Program-made: the position numbers and the translations under genes
Shown: positions 39,984 through 51,608 of the stretch, piece after piece
How the letters are laid out: each line of letters begins with the position of its first letter
How positions within the stretch are numbered: position 1 is the first letter of the stretch
DNA from: Pocillopora damicornis
Lineage: Eukaryota
DNA: 64,000 bases
Assembly: GCF_003704095.1 (NCBI RefSeq)
Contig: NW_020843837.1
Coordinates: 186,001 to 250,000 of the forward strand
Reading direction: 5' to 3'
The notes under the pieces: model-generated
The model's input: the letters and a program-made list of their open reading frames with translations, nothing else
Told to the model about the DNA's origin: nothing
The model's database searches: none

Positions 39984-40687
39984 GATCCAGGATAGAAACA
40001 AACTCGGTTTTGAATTCCCTTCCGTCAAAGTGCTTTCCAAATTTATGAGAAGATGAGGTCTTTTGACCGGAGGACAAAAATAAAATGAACAGAGAAGCTC
40101 CTCGTTTGGTCGCTAGCGTGAGAAAGAGGAAAAATCAAAGTTTCCCACAAGAATATTAGCCGCAGATCTTTGCCTGACTCTGATGATTGAGAAGAATCAT
40201 TAAGTTTAAAATTACTTACCAAAAGTTCGTTGATCACGTGGGTCATTGCCAGGATCATGTTTGACGAGCATCGGTGATTACTATTTGCTGATTAGTTTGG
40301 GAAAGAAGGACATACTTAGTTTGCCCCATTGCAAATAAGCACCCACTGTTGGGACGGCGTTATCGGTTTAAACAGATGGGTTCCTGAAGTATAATAATAC
40401 CACGAGCCAACGACCGATGAACCGCCAAGAATTTCCTTGGGATTCAAAAGTACATACTCCCGTGGCCTTAAAATACCGGATTAGTAGATGCATCACGATC
40501 AACTCGGGGAATTCGACATTCCGCTTGCATTTTTTGCCTGCTCCTCCCTGTAACAATTAAGCGGGATTTACACATTTGATGCAAGCCATATTCTTACCTC
40601 TCCCATGAAAGAAGAACAGGATACACGGCTAAATGATTTTTTGCTTTTGTTTTTCTCTTTATTTATTTGTTAGGGTAAAGCAAAAAG

Positions 40688-43087
40688 ATGGAGAAAATAC
40701 CGCCGCAATTAGCTTTCTTCATTGGGTATGCTGTGGCGGTATTCCTAAGCAACACAAATCACTGGACTGAATCCATTGACTTTTATTTGGAATGCCTTGC
40801 GCTTTGGAATTCTGTTTCAAAGACGAAGACTTCCCCAGTGATGATTCTAATTGAACGAGTGATACGAGAAAAAGTTGCAAAGGGAGGACTCTTCTTTTAT
40901 GAACGGGGAAAGATACGTTATGACCTCGGTCAAGTTAAGGAATCAATAAAATACTTTGAAAAAGCGCTGACCCTTTTCAGTCAAATTGGTTCCAAACCAT
41001 ATGAGGCATGGTGTCACTGCCGCTTGGGCAGATCGCTCCACATTGCTTGTCAGTATGAAAGAGCCATGGAACATTATGAAAAGGTTCTCAGTGGTATTCA
41101 CGAAATATCCTCAAATGACATAAGACAAGAGCTCCAAGCAAGAGTGTACAACAACATCGGTGAGGTCAAGCATTATCGTGGAAGATGTGAGGAAGCTAAA
41201 AGCTATTATGAGAAAGCTCTTGAGATTAGCACTAGAGCAGGAAATGAGATAGATAAAGCAGTAAGCCTCAACAACCTGGGAGTTTTGCATCATAACTATC
41301 TGTCTAAACTTGACGAAGCACTTAACTTCCATAAAAAAGCACTCGAAATTCGTAGAAGACTTGGATGTAGAAGAGTAGAAGGAACGTCCTATACCAACAT
41401 TGGTGGAGTCTATGAGGCCCGTGGTGACTATGAAAAGGCATTGGAATATTATGAAAAAAGCTATTTAATTAGTTTAGAAGTCAAAGACAAGGTGCTAGAG
41501 GGAAAGAGTCTCTACTTCATTGGAAAGGTTCATAAGCTCCTAGGTCAGCTTCAAAAAGCCATCGAATACCACGAAAGAGCCCTAAAAATCAACCGGGAGA
41601 CCGGTGTCAAAACAGCTGAAGTTCTCAGTGACCTTGCAAATCACTATATATGCCTCGGTGATTACGAGAAAGCAGGTCATTATCATAAAAAAGCTATTAA
41701 CATGTGCAAAGAAATAGGGGATATCGAACACCTGGGAATTTGCTTAAGCAATGCCTATCAACTGCCTCTTTATCTTGGTGAATATGAAAAAACCAAGACA
41801 TGTTTAGAAGAGGCTATAACTTCTCACGAAAAGACTGGAAACAAATTGTTCCTAGCTACGACACTTTTTAATATCAGTAGTGTATGTGAGTCTGCTGGCC
41901 AATACCAGGAAGCACACGATTACTTAGAGAAAGCTCTAAAAATCAGTAGAGAAACCCAACACATACACGCAGAGACAATAGCATTAAGCTCTATGGGGTC
42001 CATGAATTTTTCTCTTGGAAAATATGAACAAGCCATTGAGTATACTAAAAAAGCACTGAAAATCGCTAAGGAGATAGGTGAAAAAGAAACAGAAGTGTCT
42101 TGTTATATTGTCCTCGGTTGTGTATATTTCGCTCAAAGTCAGAACGAGAAAGCAATCTGGTATCAGAGCAAAGCGCTTGAAATGAAGAAGGAAATTGGAA
42201 TCAAAGATCAGTCGCAAATCGATGTTCTACATATCTTAGGCCAAGCATATTCCTCTCAGGGAAACCTCTCGAAGGCGACAGAAACCTTCCGTGAAGGAAT
42301 GAAAATCCACCAAAGTACTCGTTCTTCCCTTAGAGATGAAACAAACAAGATTTTATTGGATAATCAGAACCTTTCTTGCTACAAATCTCTTTCGTGGCTT
42401 CTTCTTTGCGAGAGGAATTTCGACCAAGCCCTTTTCACTCTAGAGGTTGGACGAAGTCGTGCCCTGGTTGATCTTATTTCGAAGAATTACGGAATCAGCG
42501 GGAATCCTACTCAAAATGAGTTAACTCCAAATGCCCTTCAGAGCTTCTTGAAAGAACAAAAGAAGAACTTTCTCTTCATAGCAACGTTGAAAATGAAAAG
42601 TTTCTCCTTGTGGTTTGTCGACACAGGAGGAAGTGTAAAATTCAAACAGGTCAATGAAGACTTGGAAACGGAGCTATCAAAAGAAAGTAGTACCACTGAA
42701 GAGCCTGGAATGGATACTTCTTCATCAACTTTGGATGACCTGCAATGTGAGGATCGTTCATTGGCCTCGCTGTATGAAAATGATGTATTGGCTTCACGAG
42801 AACAAAAGTTAGAACCAAACAAACGTTCCGTGAAAATGCAAATGAAACAAATCGGAAGCAAATCTTACACTAGCCTTTCCGATATGGTCAAGTTGTACGC
42901 TGCCTTGATTGCTCCTATTTTTGATCTCATAGACAGCCCGGAGATCATCATATCCCCAGAACCTGGCGTTTTCTTGACACCATTTGCCTCGTTAAAGGAT
43001 GAAAATGGAAAGTACCTTTCTGAAACTGTGAGGGTCCGCCTCATCCCGTCACTAACGACACTGAAGCTCATTCACGACTCGGCAGCC
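40688..43087 (+). CDS. TPR-CHAT (TTC28-like) protein, copy A: N-terminus, TPR array and start of CHAT; cut by the assembly gap
   Basis: Roughly 12-13 TPR-like repeats of about 40 aa (YNNIGEV, LNNLGVL, YTNIGGVY..GDYEKALEYYEKS), EVGRSRALVDL linker, IIISPE..LTPFASLKDENGKYL CHAT start; splice acceptor TTAG at 40670-40673. Confidence 0.88.
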
Positions 43088-43187
43088 NNNNNNNNNNNNN
43101 NNNNNNNNNNNNNNNNNNNNNNNNNNNNNNNNNNNNNNNNNNNNNNNNNNNNNNNNNNNNNNNNNNNNNNNNNNNNNNNNNNNNNNN
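43088..43187. other. 100-N assembly gap (other gaps: 30351-30474, 47867-48372, 48493-48592, 49855-49954, 52168-52267)
   Basis: Runs of N; exact 100-N length recurs four times, so it is a placeholder of unknown true size. Confidence 0.99.
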
Positions 43188-46000
43188 TCGGTCAGATCAA
43201 AGAATCAATCAGCTGCCTAAAAAAGGCATTGTGCATCTACGAAAAAGCTGGTCCTAGATTGAGAGAGGCGTGGTGTCACTGCCACTTGGGTAGATCGCTT
43301 CACATTGCGTGCCAATATGAAAGAGCTATGGAGCATTATCAAAAGGCTCTCGATGTAAGTGGACTATCAGTACATGAGAAACAAGAACTCGAGGGAAGGG
43401 TTTACAACAACATTGGTGAGGTACATAATGTGCGTGGAAATTATGAAAAGGCTCGTCAGTATTATGAGAAAGCATTTAAAATAAATAAGGAAATTGGAAA
43501 TGAGATACACCAAGCGATATACTACAACAACATGGGAGTAATGAATCATAACTACCTGGGCAATCTTGAAGTAGCACTTGATTTCCACGAAAAAGCGCTC
43601 GAGATTCGTAAAAGACTTGGATACAGAAAAGCGGAAGGAACATCCTATAACAACATTGGTGGAGTGTATGAGGCGCGTGGTGACTACAAAAAGGCATTGG
43701 AATATTACGAAAAAAGCCTTGAACTTAGTGTAGACATCGAAGACAGAGTGTTGGAGGCAAGTAATCTGTACTTTATTGGAAAGGTTTCAATGATACTCGG
43801 TCAGTTGCAAAAAGCCATGGAATATCTTGAAAGAGCCCTTGAACTCAAATCAGACACAGGTGTCAAAAAGGCTGAAAATCTCACTGACCTTGGAAATCTC
43901 TACATGTACATCGGTGATTATGAGAAGGGAAATCAATATCACCAACAAGCCATTAAACTTTGCGAGGAATTGGGAGATCGCGAAATCATGGGAAAATGCT
44001 ATCAAAATGCTAGTGTGCTGCCCAGTTATCTCGGTGAGAATGAGAAAGTTAAGAGCTATTTAGAAAAGGCTATTGATATTCACGAAAAAACTGGAAACAA
44101 AGTGGATCTTGCTATGGCATTTACTGAAATCAGTTCTACTTATATTTCTGCTGGTCAACACCAGAAAGCATGCGAATGTTTACAGAAAGCTCTGAAAGTC
44201 AGTGAAGAAATCGGACACATCCAAATAAAGATATCAGTTTTAACTGGTTTTGCCCGTTTGAATTTTCATCTTGGGAAATATGAGCAAGCCATTGAGCATG
44301 CTGAGGATGCACTTAAAATCGCGAAAGAGATTGGTGAAAAACAAATGGAGGTGTCTTGTTACGTTCTCCTTGGTAGTGCCTATTTTACTCAAGGTCACAA
44401 AGAGAAAGCAATCCAGTATCAGAGCAAAGCACTTGAGTGGAAGAAGGAGATTGGAATGGAAAATCAGTCGCAAATCAAGCTTCATTACATTTTAGGCCAA
44501 GTATATTCCTCTCAAGGCAACTTCTCGAAGGCATGTGAAAACTTGCGTGAAGGTATTAAAATACACCAAAGAACTCGATCTTCCCTCAAAGATGAAACCG
44601 ACAAGATTTCATTGGATGGTACGAACTGTCCATGTTATAAATCTCTTTCGTGGCTGCTTCTTCGCGAGAGGAATTTCAACCAAGCCCTTTTTACTCTGGA
44701 GCTCGGACGAAGTCGTGCCCTTGTTGATCTAATGTCGGAGAGTTACGGAATCAAAAGGAGTCTTGTTCATAAAGAAGTAACTCCAGATGCCCTCCAAAAC
44801 TTTTTTAAAGAACAGCGAAGGAACTTCCTCTTTATAGCAACATTTCAAATGAATAGCGATTTCGCCCTGTGGTTCGTTGACAAAGGCGGAAGTGTAAAAT
44901 TCAAACTGGTAAAAATAGACTTAGAAACCGAGTTATTCAAAGAAAATAGTGCCCCCAAAGAGCCTGAAATGGATGCCTCTTCATTGACTTTGGATGATCC
45001 ACACTGCGAAGATCGTTCATTGGCTCTGCTGTATGAAAATGATCCATTTGCTTCACAGGAACAACAGTTAAAACCAAACAAAGGTTCTGTGCAAATGCAA
45101 GTGAAACAAATCGGAAGCAAATCATACATTGGCCTTTCCTATACGGTCAAGTCGTACGCTGCCTTTATTGCTCCTATTTTTGACCTCATAGACAGCCCGG
45201 AGATCATCATATCCCCAGAACCCGACATTTTTTTGATACCATTTGCATCGTTAAAGGATGAAAATGGAAAGTATCTTTCTGAAACTGTGAGAGTCCGCCT
45301 CATCCCGTCACTAACGACACTGAAGCTCATTCACGACTCGGCAGCCAGCTATCACTCTCAAAGTGGAGCTTTGATCATCGGAGATCCAGCAGTTGGCCCT
45401 GTAGAGATAAATGGAAGTGTAAAGACTCTAGATCCATTGCCTAAAGCCAGAGAAGAAGCGCAGATGGTGTCAAGATTGGTAGGAGTGCGCTGTTTGATAG
45501 GAGAGGAGGCCACAAAGGAGGAAGTCTTGAAAAGAATCCAAGAAGTGAGCTTAGTGCACATTGCTGCCCATGGTGATGAAACCACCGGGGAAATAGCTCT
45601 TGCTCCCAACAGGTCTGTCGTTGGAGTTCCTAAGATCGGCGACGTCTTGCTAACAATGAACGACATAGCTCAAGTTGGTATCAGAGCCAAGCTGGTGGTA
45701 CTCAGCTGTTGTCATAGTGCTCGTGGTAAGATATTAAAAGCCGAAGGGATTTATGGTATTGCTCGAGCTTTCCTAGGATCTGGTGCTCGTTCAGTCTTGA
45801 TGTCGCTTTGGGCTGTCAATGATGGGGCTACCGAAGCATTCATGAATATATTCTACAAGTTCTTGATCCGTGAGAAACTCAGTGCAAGCGAATCTCTTCA
45901 CCAGACCATGAGAAAGATGCGAGAGTCAGCACTGTACTCTGAGAGGGAGCACTGGGCTCCATTTGTCTTACTTGGAGACGATGTAACTCTCACATTTTAA
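43188..46000 (+). CDS. TPR-CHAT (TTC28-like) protein, copy B: TPR array and complete CHAT protease domain; 5' end lies in the gap
   Basis: Colinear with copy A (43188 pairs with 40926; 45346 with 43087). CHAT motifs LIIGDP, LPKAREEA, VHIAAHG, LVVLSCC, GIARAFLGSGARSVLMSLWAV, HWAPFVLLGD. Confidence 0.92.
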
Positions 46001-46209
46001 GGGGTAGGTAAGATGGAAGACATCAGTCGATTTGATCTTTAAATACCCGATTAAGAGGACCAATAAAGCTAGCTAAACTACATGTTTCGCCCCTGATAAG
46101 TTTCCTCGTCGGTGGACCGAAGAAATAAGGTCTGAAAAGATATTCAAATGCGGATAACAGATTTCAAAATCGCAACTATCGGAAGTTAAATCATTTGGAT
46201 TACTGTTTG

Positions 46210-46285
46210 GGGTGTTGGCCTGGAACTCAAACTTGGGACCATCAGTTGTGAAAACAGGGCTTAGACCTCCTAGCTACGCTACCTC
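46210..46285 (-). mobile_element. tRNA-like SINE head (degenerate)
   Basis: Minus strand GGTAGCGTAGCTAGGAGGTCTAAG (A-box like) ... AGTTTGAGTTCC (B-box like); no intact cloverleaf. Confidence 0.4.
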
Positions 46286-47315
46286 GAATTAAAAAATGGT
46301 TTTATTTCTTTGTCATTGTAAGCCTTTCAGCCCGCGGTGTCAATTAATTTGTCCTGGATTTAATTTCATTGCCATGCCTATTTACTGACGTATGAGTTTC
46401 TTGTCCCAAATTGTTGTTGTTTTTTTCGTGCAAGCAATTTTCTTTTCTTTTGAATAAAAGCGCCCCCTGTATAAACTTTGATAGAGATTTAAGATCTTTT
46501 AATATGTTTATGGTACTTAGGTAATCATGCAAGAGGACAAACATGGATATGATCATCTCTGAGTCCTGGACCTTGTGCTACAGCGATGAGGTACAGCCAT
46601 GTGAAAGCACCACTTTGTAATTTACAATGCTTAGGGCACTCGAAACTGAGTCTGCCAAGTTGACATTTTTATTCCATTTGCTTAGTCTTCTTCTTAGTCA
46701 CCAAGAACGTAGCCGGAGTGACATTAATATCTGAATTTATTTTGTGCCTTCCAAACCGTTCTAACAACCAAAATAGGGCAAAAGCTCAATTTTTTTACAT
46801 ATGGTGTTAATTCTTGACCACAAAGGTTCAAGAATTATAATGTAATGATATCTTTAGCTTTATCTTAGCTCTAAAACTGAAATCTAAAGGAGTTTTTGGC
46901 CGGTTATACCATTTTTTAAGCAACTTGTTACATCAAGAAGATGATCATGTTCAGTTCAACAGTATTTTAGCATTTCTTTGACATCACTTCCTTTTGTTAA
47001 GATTTGCATTTTAATACAATTAAGTCGTATCAAACGAGAAAGAGAACGATAGAAGTATATTTTGATGTAAGAAATTAAAATTTTCAATTCCATAGCCAGT
47101 TCTGGTCACACTCCGCATAGCCGCACGTGATAGAAACCTTCTAAAATGCAAGGAGTCTAACTTTTTTTGTTTATCTTTTGGGTAAAATATACAAATCGAA
47201 ATTTTTTATGATTCTTATGATAAAATCATATTTCACTGATCATTTTCAGGTCTCTTGAGATTGCTTCTGATTTCAGAAATGTTTGCGAGGTCTAGAAAAA
47301 ACCAGTCCTTTGTAC

Positions 47316-47530
47316 GAGGGTCTCAATGGGGTTAACTGATAGCCGTAAAATAGCCAAGAAATGTAGCCGTTATCCGTAAAAATTGACAAATTTCAAGCGA
47401 CAGTCGTAAAAAAAGTTAACGGTTAAAAAATTTTCAGGTGACAACAGCGGGATGATATCAACCGTTAGCCGTAAAATGGCCAAAACATTTTACTGTTAGC
47501 CATAAAAGCCATCACCCCATTGAGACCCTC
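47316..47530. mobile_element. MITE with perfect 17-bp TIR GAGGGTCTCAATGGGGT
   Basis: GAGGGTCTCAATGGGGT / ACCCCATTGAGACCCTC; internal repeated TAGCCGTAAAA motifs. Confidence 0.85.
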
Positions 47531-49481
47531 CTTTAGGAAATGTTAAATCACGTGGACAATATTTATTTATCTGTAAGGCCTCTGGTGAGAAAGATAACCT
47601 CTCTTTTCCTCAGTTGATGGGTAATGGAGCCATGGAAATTTATCGGCCAGTCCAGCAATCTATACGGGCTCATTATTTTTTAATTCTTTACCAGGGTTTT
47701 CATTTTTAACAATACGAGGTAGGTTGTTGTCTTTAAGCAACAGCATTTTATTATCAGTTTCACGTCAACAATGACTTATTTTCAAAGAGTAATTGTAGTC
47801 TGAAGCGACGCGACGCAAATGATGTAGAATCGATAAGTCTAGTGTTAGATCAAAGTCAGTATCTGANNNNNNNNNNNNNNNNNNNNNNNNNNNNNNNNNN
47901 NNNNNNNNNNNNNNNNNNNNNNNNNNNNNNNNNNNNNNNNNNNNNNNNNNNNNNNNNNNNNNNNNNNNNNNNNNNNNNNNNNNNNNNNNNNNNNNNNNNN
48001 NNNNNNNNNNNNNNNNNNNNNNNNNNNNNNNNNNNNNNNNNNNNNNNNNNNNNNNNNNNNNNNNNNNNNNNNNNNNNNNNNNNNNNNNNNNNNNNNNNNN
48101 NNNNNNNNNNNNNNNNNNNNNNNNNNNNNNNNNNNNNNNNNNNNNNNNNNNNNNNNNNNNNNNNNNNNNNNNNNNNNNNNNNNNNNNNNNNNNNNNNNNN
48201 NNNNNNNNNNNNNNNNNNNNNNNNNNNNNNNNNNNNNNNNNNNNNNNNNNNNNNNNNNNNNNNNNNNNNNNNNNNNNNNNNNNNNNNNNNNNNNNNNNNN
48301 NNNNNNNNNNNNNNNNNNNNNNNNNNNNNNNNNNNNNNNNNNNNNNNNNNNNNNNNNNNNNNNNNNNNNNNNAGGATAACGTGTCAACACACACGTGCAC
48401 CAAACCATTATGGAGCATTCATAGATACAGTCAGCCAAAGGTAAGGTTGCCTGCTCAAGAAATACTTGTTTAAAGCAAGCTGTATTTATTTTNNNNNNNN
48501 NNNNNNNNNNNNNNNNNNNNNNNNNNNNNNNNNNNNNNNNNNNNNNNNNNNNNNNNNNNNNNNNNNNNNNNNNNNNNNNNNNNNNNNNNNNNACTGATTA
48601 AATAAAAATCTTGGTCGAGATATGGAACTCATCTGTCAACACAACTCCTCCCTATCCCAACCCTTACAATTTTTGAATTCACACAATAAAATATATTTTA
48701 GGAACAGAATATGTGAGAGTCCTGCCCTTTAAAAGAATCTAAAGATATTGTTGTTTTGTACCTCAGAATGCATTAATAAGACTTAAAAGACTGATCTTTA
48801 CCCTTTGACAAGTTTGGAATTGGTGACCCAAGCAGGAGTACTAGACTCCTGTTAATCTAGCTTCTCCCTTGTTGTAGTGATGAACCCTTTTTACAACACG
48901 ATTAAAAGGAATTGCCTTTTATATTTTGAGTCAGAGTATATGTATCTTTACCTCTGAGTGTGTGCTAATATCTTCAACCAGTAGGTTTGTCTACTGACAA
49001 ACAAACAAAATAATGAAATTCTAGAACCCTTTCCTGGAAGAAACTTGTAACTTTCTTCATTATTTTGTAATGAAAATCCGGCAATCGTAAAAAAGTTGAC
49101 CCATCAGTTGTCCACTAATTAAAATAATAGAACTTTTTAGCTTCATATATCATAGATAAGTCACTTGGTCTGAAATAGGCAAACCACAGTTGCTGCCATA
49201 ACAAATTTAGAAGCGAATCATAAGGGATGATTGACTGTTGCTGCACCTGTAACTGCTACAGAATTTCCACAAAGCTGGATTTGTATTTTCTTTATTATGT
49301 GCTAAGGATCCTAAGCTTTAGAAGTTAAGTATCCATGCTTTAATTCTTCAAGTACCAGTCACACAAACTGAATTTGTGTTTTAATCTGCATGAGTAAATG
49401 GTCAGAAAAATAACTCTGTCTTGTCTCGATTTTTAAATGTTGTGGTTGTTTTTCAGTTTCTTTTAAAACAGATAAGGAATT

Positions 49482-49625
49482 TAGATAAAAAAAGATCAAA
49501 GTAAATACTTAAGAGTATCTAGTACCAAAGTGTGTTCTCAACATTTTGAAGACAATGATTTTAAGTTTGTATACAGCCGAACTAGAAGATTGAGAGATAG
49601 CACCTGTCCTTCTTGCTTTCAACAG
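49482..49625 (+). pseudogene. THAP zinc-finger domain relic
   Basis: Frame from 49482 reads *IKKDQSKYLRVSSTKVCSQHFEDNDFKFVYSRTRRLRDSTCPSCF, matching THAP W...VCSxHF...RRLxxxAVPT.F with TAG at the conserved Trp position. Confidence 0.7.
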
Positions 49626-51256
49626 GAGGCTATTTCAAAAAAACATTTGTTTTTTTTTCCATCACAAATTGTAATTGTTTCAAAGTTTGCTTGGAAGAGT
49701 TTCAAATAAGTTTTACATTCATATGAACCCATATTGAGATAAAATATTTTCCTGAAGCTTCCCTCGTTAATCTGCATTACTTCTGTTTTCTATACTACCT
49801 ACTTGCTAAAAAATGTTGTTTATGGAGAATCTTGCCAAAATTACAACTCTAAATNNNNNNNNNNNNNNNNNNNNNNNNNNNNNNNNNNNNNNNNNNNNNN
49901 NNNNNNNNNNNNNNNNNNNNNNNNNNNNNNNNNNNNNNNNNNNNNNNNNNNNNNGTTCAAATTCTCGGAGGGTGTCCAGTGGGGGAGGGGGATTTGAAGC
50001 TTTGAATTGATTGATGCATAATTGATGCATAACCATCGGTTACATAATTCTCTCTTGATTGTTAACAAAACGGGCATCCTCCTTTAATCAATACGCGTAA
50101 TAACGTCTTAGGATTTCGTCGGTAATTAGTATTAGTAGTGATGTTCATAAATTGCTCGAGTGTTGCCGCGCAAATTTTGCTTGTTGCGTGACGCATTTGA
50201 TTGACGTAGGAAAAACACTGGAAACTAGATAAGAGAAAATCCAACATGGCGTATATATCAAGAGTTCAAGATTCCAAAATGGAAACAAAAACGGTGCAAT
50301 CATCATTTCCTTTCATTTCATGTTGACTATTGATTAGTGGCATTTGGATGGAATAGATGACTCCGCACTGAGTGAAAAACTTTTAAAAGCTATCAACGCG
50401 TGACATTCAGAAAACTACTTGAGGTTCAGGTATACTTGGCTCGGCCTCCCAGACCGCGCGCGAACGATATTGAACGTGGGCTATAGCTCAACAACCTCTT
50501 TCCCAGAGTTCCTCTTCTACCCGCCCACTCTCTCTCTTTCTCTCTTTCTCTTTCGCTCCAGAAGGCGAGAAGGAGAGAGAGATCTTTGAAATGAGGTTGG
50601 CCCTTCAAATAATGTTATGGTTTGTTTCCCTTGCCTTGGCGGCCTCGTTTTAAGTATACTGCAACACGAGCAATATTGGTTTTAAAACAAATTTATCCTT
50701 CGAGCACTGCAATTAGCCATTTACAGAAACTGTAAATGAAAATGGATGTCAATTCTGATTATAATTTTCAAAAAGTACTCATCATGCAAAGTGTATCCAT
50801 TAAAATTAATCTACCAATTTATTCAACAGATTCCTGTCAATCATAGTAAAATAGACACCAAACTGAATTGACTTCAAATAGAAACAAAAGACTGTAATAA
50901 AATCCGCTTAGTATACATAAAAGATGTAGATCCAGCAATGCCTTACAATAAAGTTCAGAATTTCTCTAAGAATGCACTGATTTAAAATTTATCAGTAGCA
51001 GTACTCAAACAGTATAAGTAAGTTTTCAAACGGAGAAGTGTATATTTACAGTTTGATCTTCAGGTCTACTTCAGGCAACTATGTGTTGTAACGTACGACT
51101 AAATGCATGTGTCTTACAATGTATTCCAATTAGTGAAATGCAATTTTATTTTAAAATTTTGCTGGTTTTGTCACTACTTTTCACTTCATTGACTTGTGCT
51201 CATTACGGAGTATTACTAACTGGTGTTCCAACTCCACCCTTAAAAATAATATAAAT

Positions 51257-51608
51257 TTAATTCAGTTTAGTCTCATCAAGGAAACCTGAAAGAGGGAGAG
51301 AGAAACAAGGCTAATTAATAAGTTATTGTTTATAAAGGTTGAACTCCCAAACTCCTTTAGAATTCTCCCTTTCAGGGACTTTATTATCATATCGAGAGAA
51401 CACCCTCTAGCTGATAGTTTCTCCAATTCTCTCCCTATCACCAGAAATAGACATCAGAAGTTACGTTACTAATAAATGAAGTGAAAGGGTCACAAGGCCT
51501 TCATTCATTAAAGACAAAGCATATATGTTGATAATGTTTAGAATAAAACAATTACCGCACTTGTCATCCTGCGAGTTGAGCTTGGACATCTTGGACATTG
51601 CGGCCTCA
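51257..51608 (-). CDS. Putative last two coding exons of an unidentified gene (51608-51556, 51285-51257)
   Basis: Good acceptors (CTTTTAG, CTTTCAG) and donor GTAAT; the spliced frame reads EAAMSKMSKLNSQDDKCGFLDETKLN*. Confidence 0.4.

Noticed and set aside
41111-45666. Antisense and alternative-frame ORFs within TPR-CHAT
   Set aside because: Shadow ORFs of a long coding sequence.
40688-46000. A single 1770-aa TPR-CHAT-TPR-CHAT fusion protein
   Set aside because: The frame is continuous only because of a placeholder 100-N gap; the halves are homologous copies, each missing the part next to the gap.
47765-48444. ORFs of about 200 aa, also those at 30330, 49803-50077 and 52089
   Set aside because: They consist mostly of N-gap.
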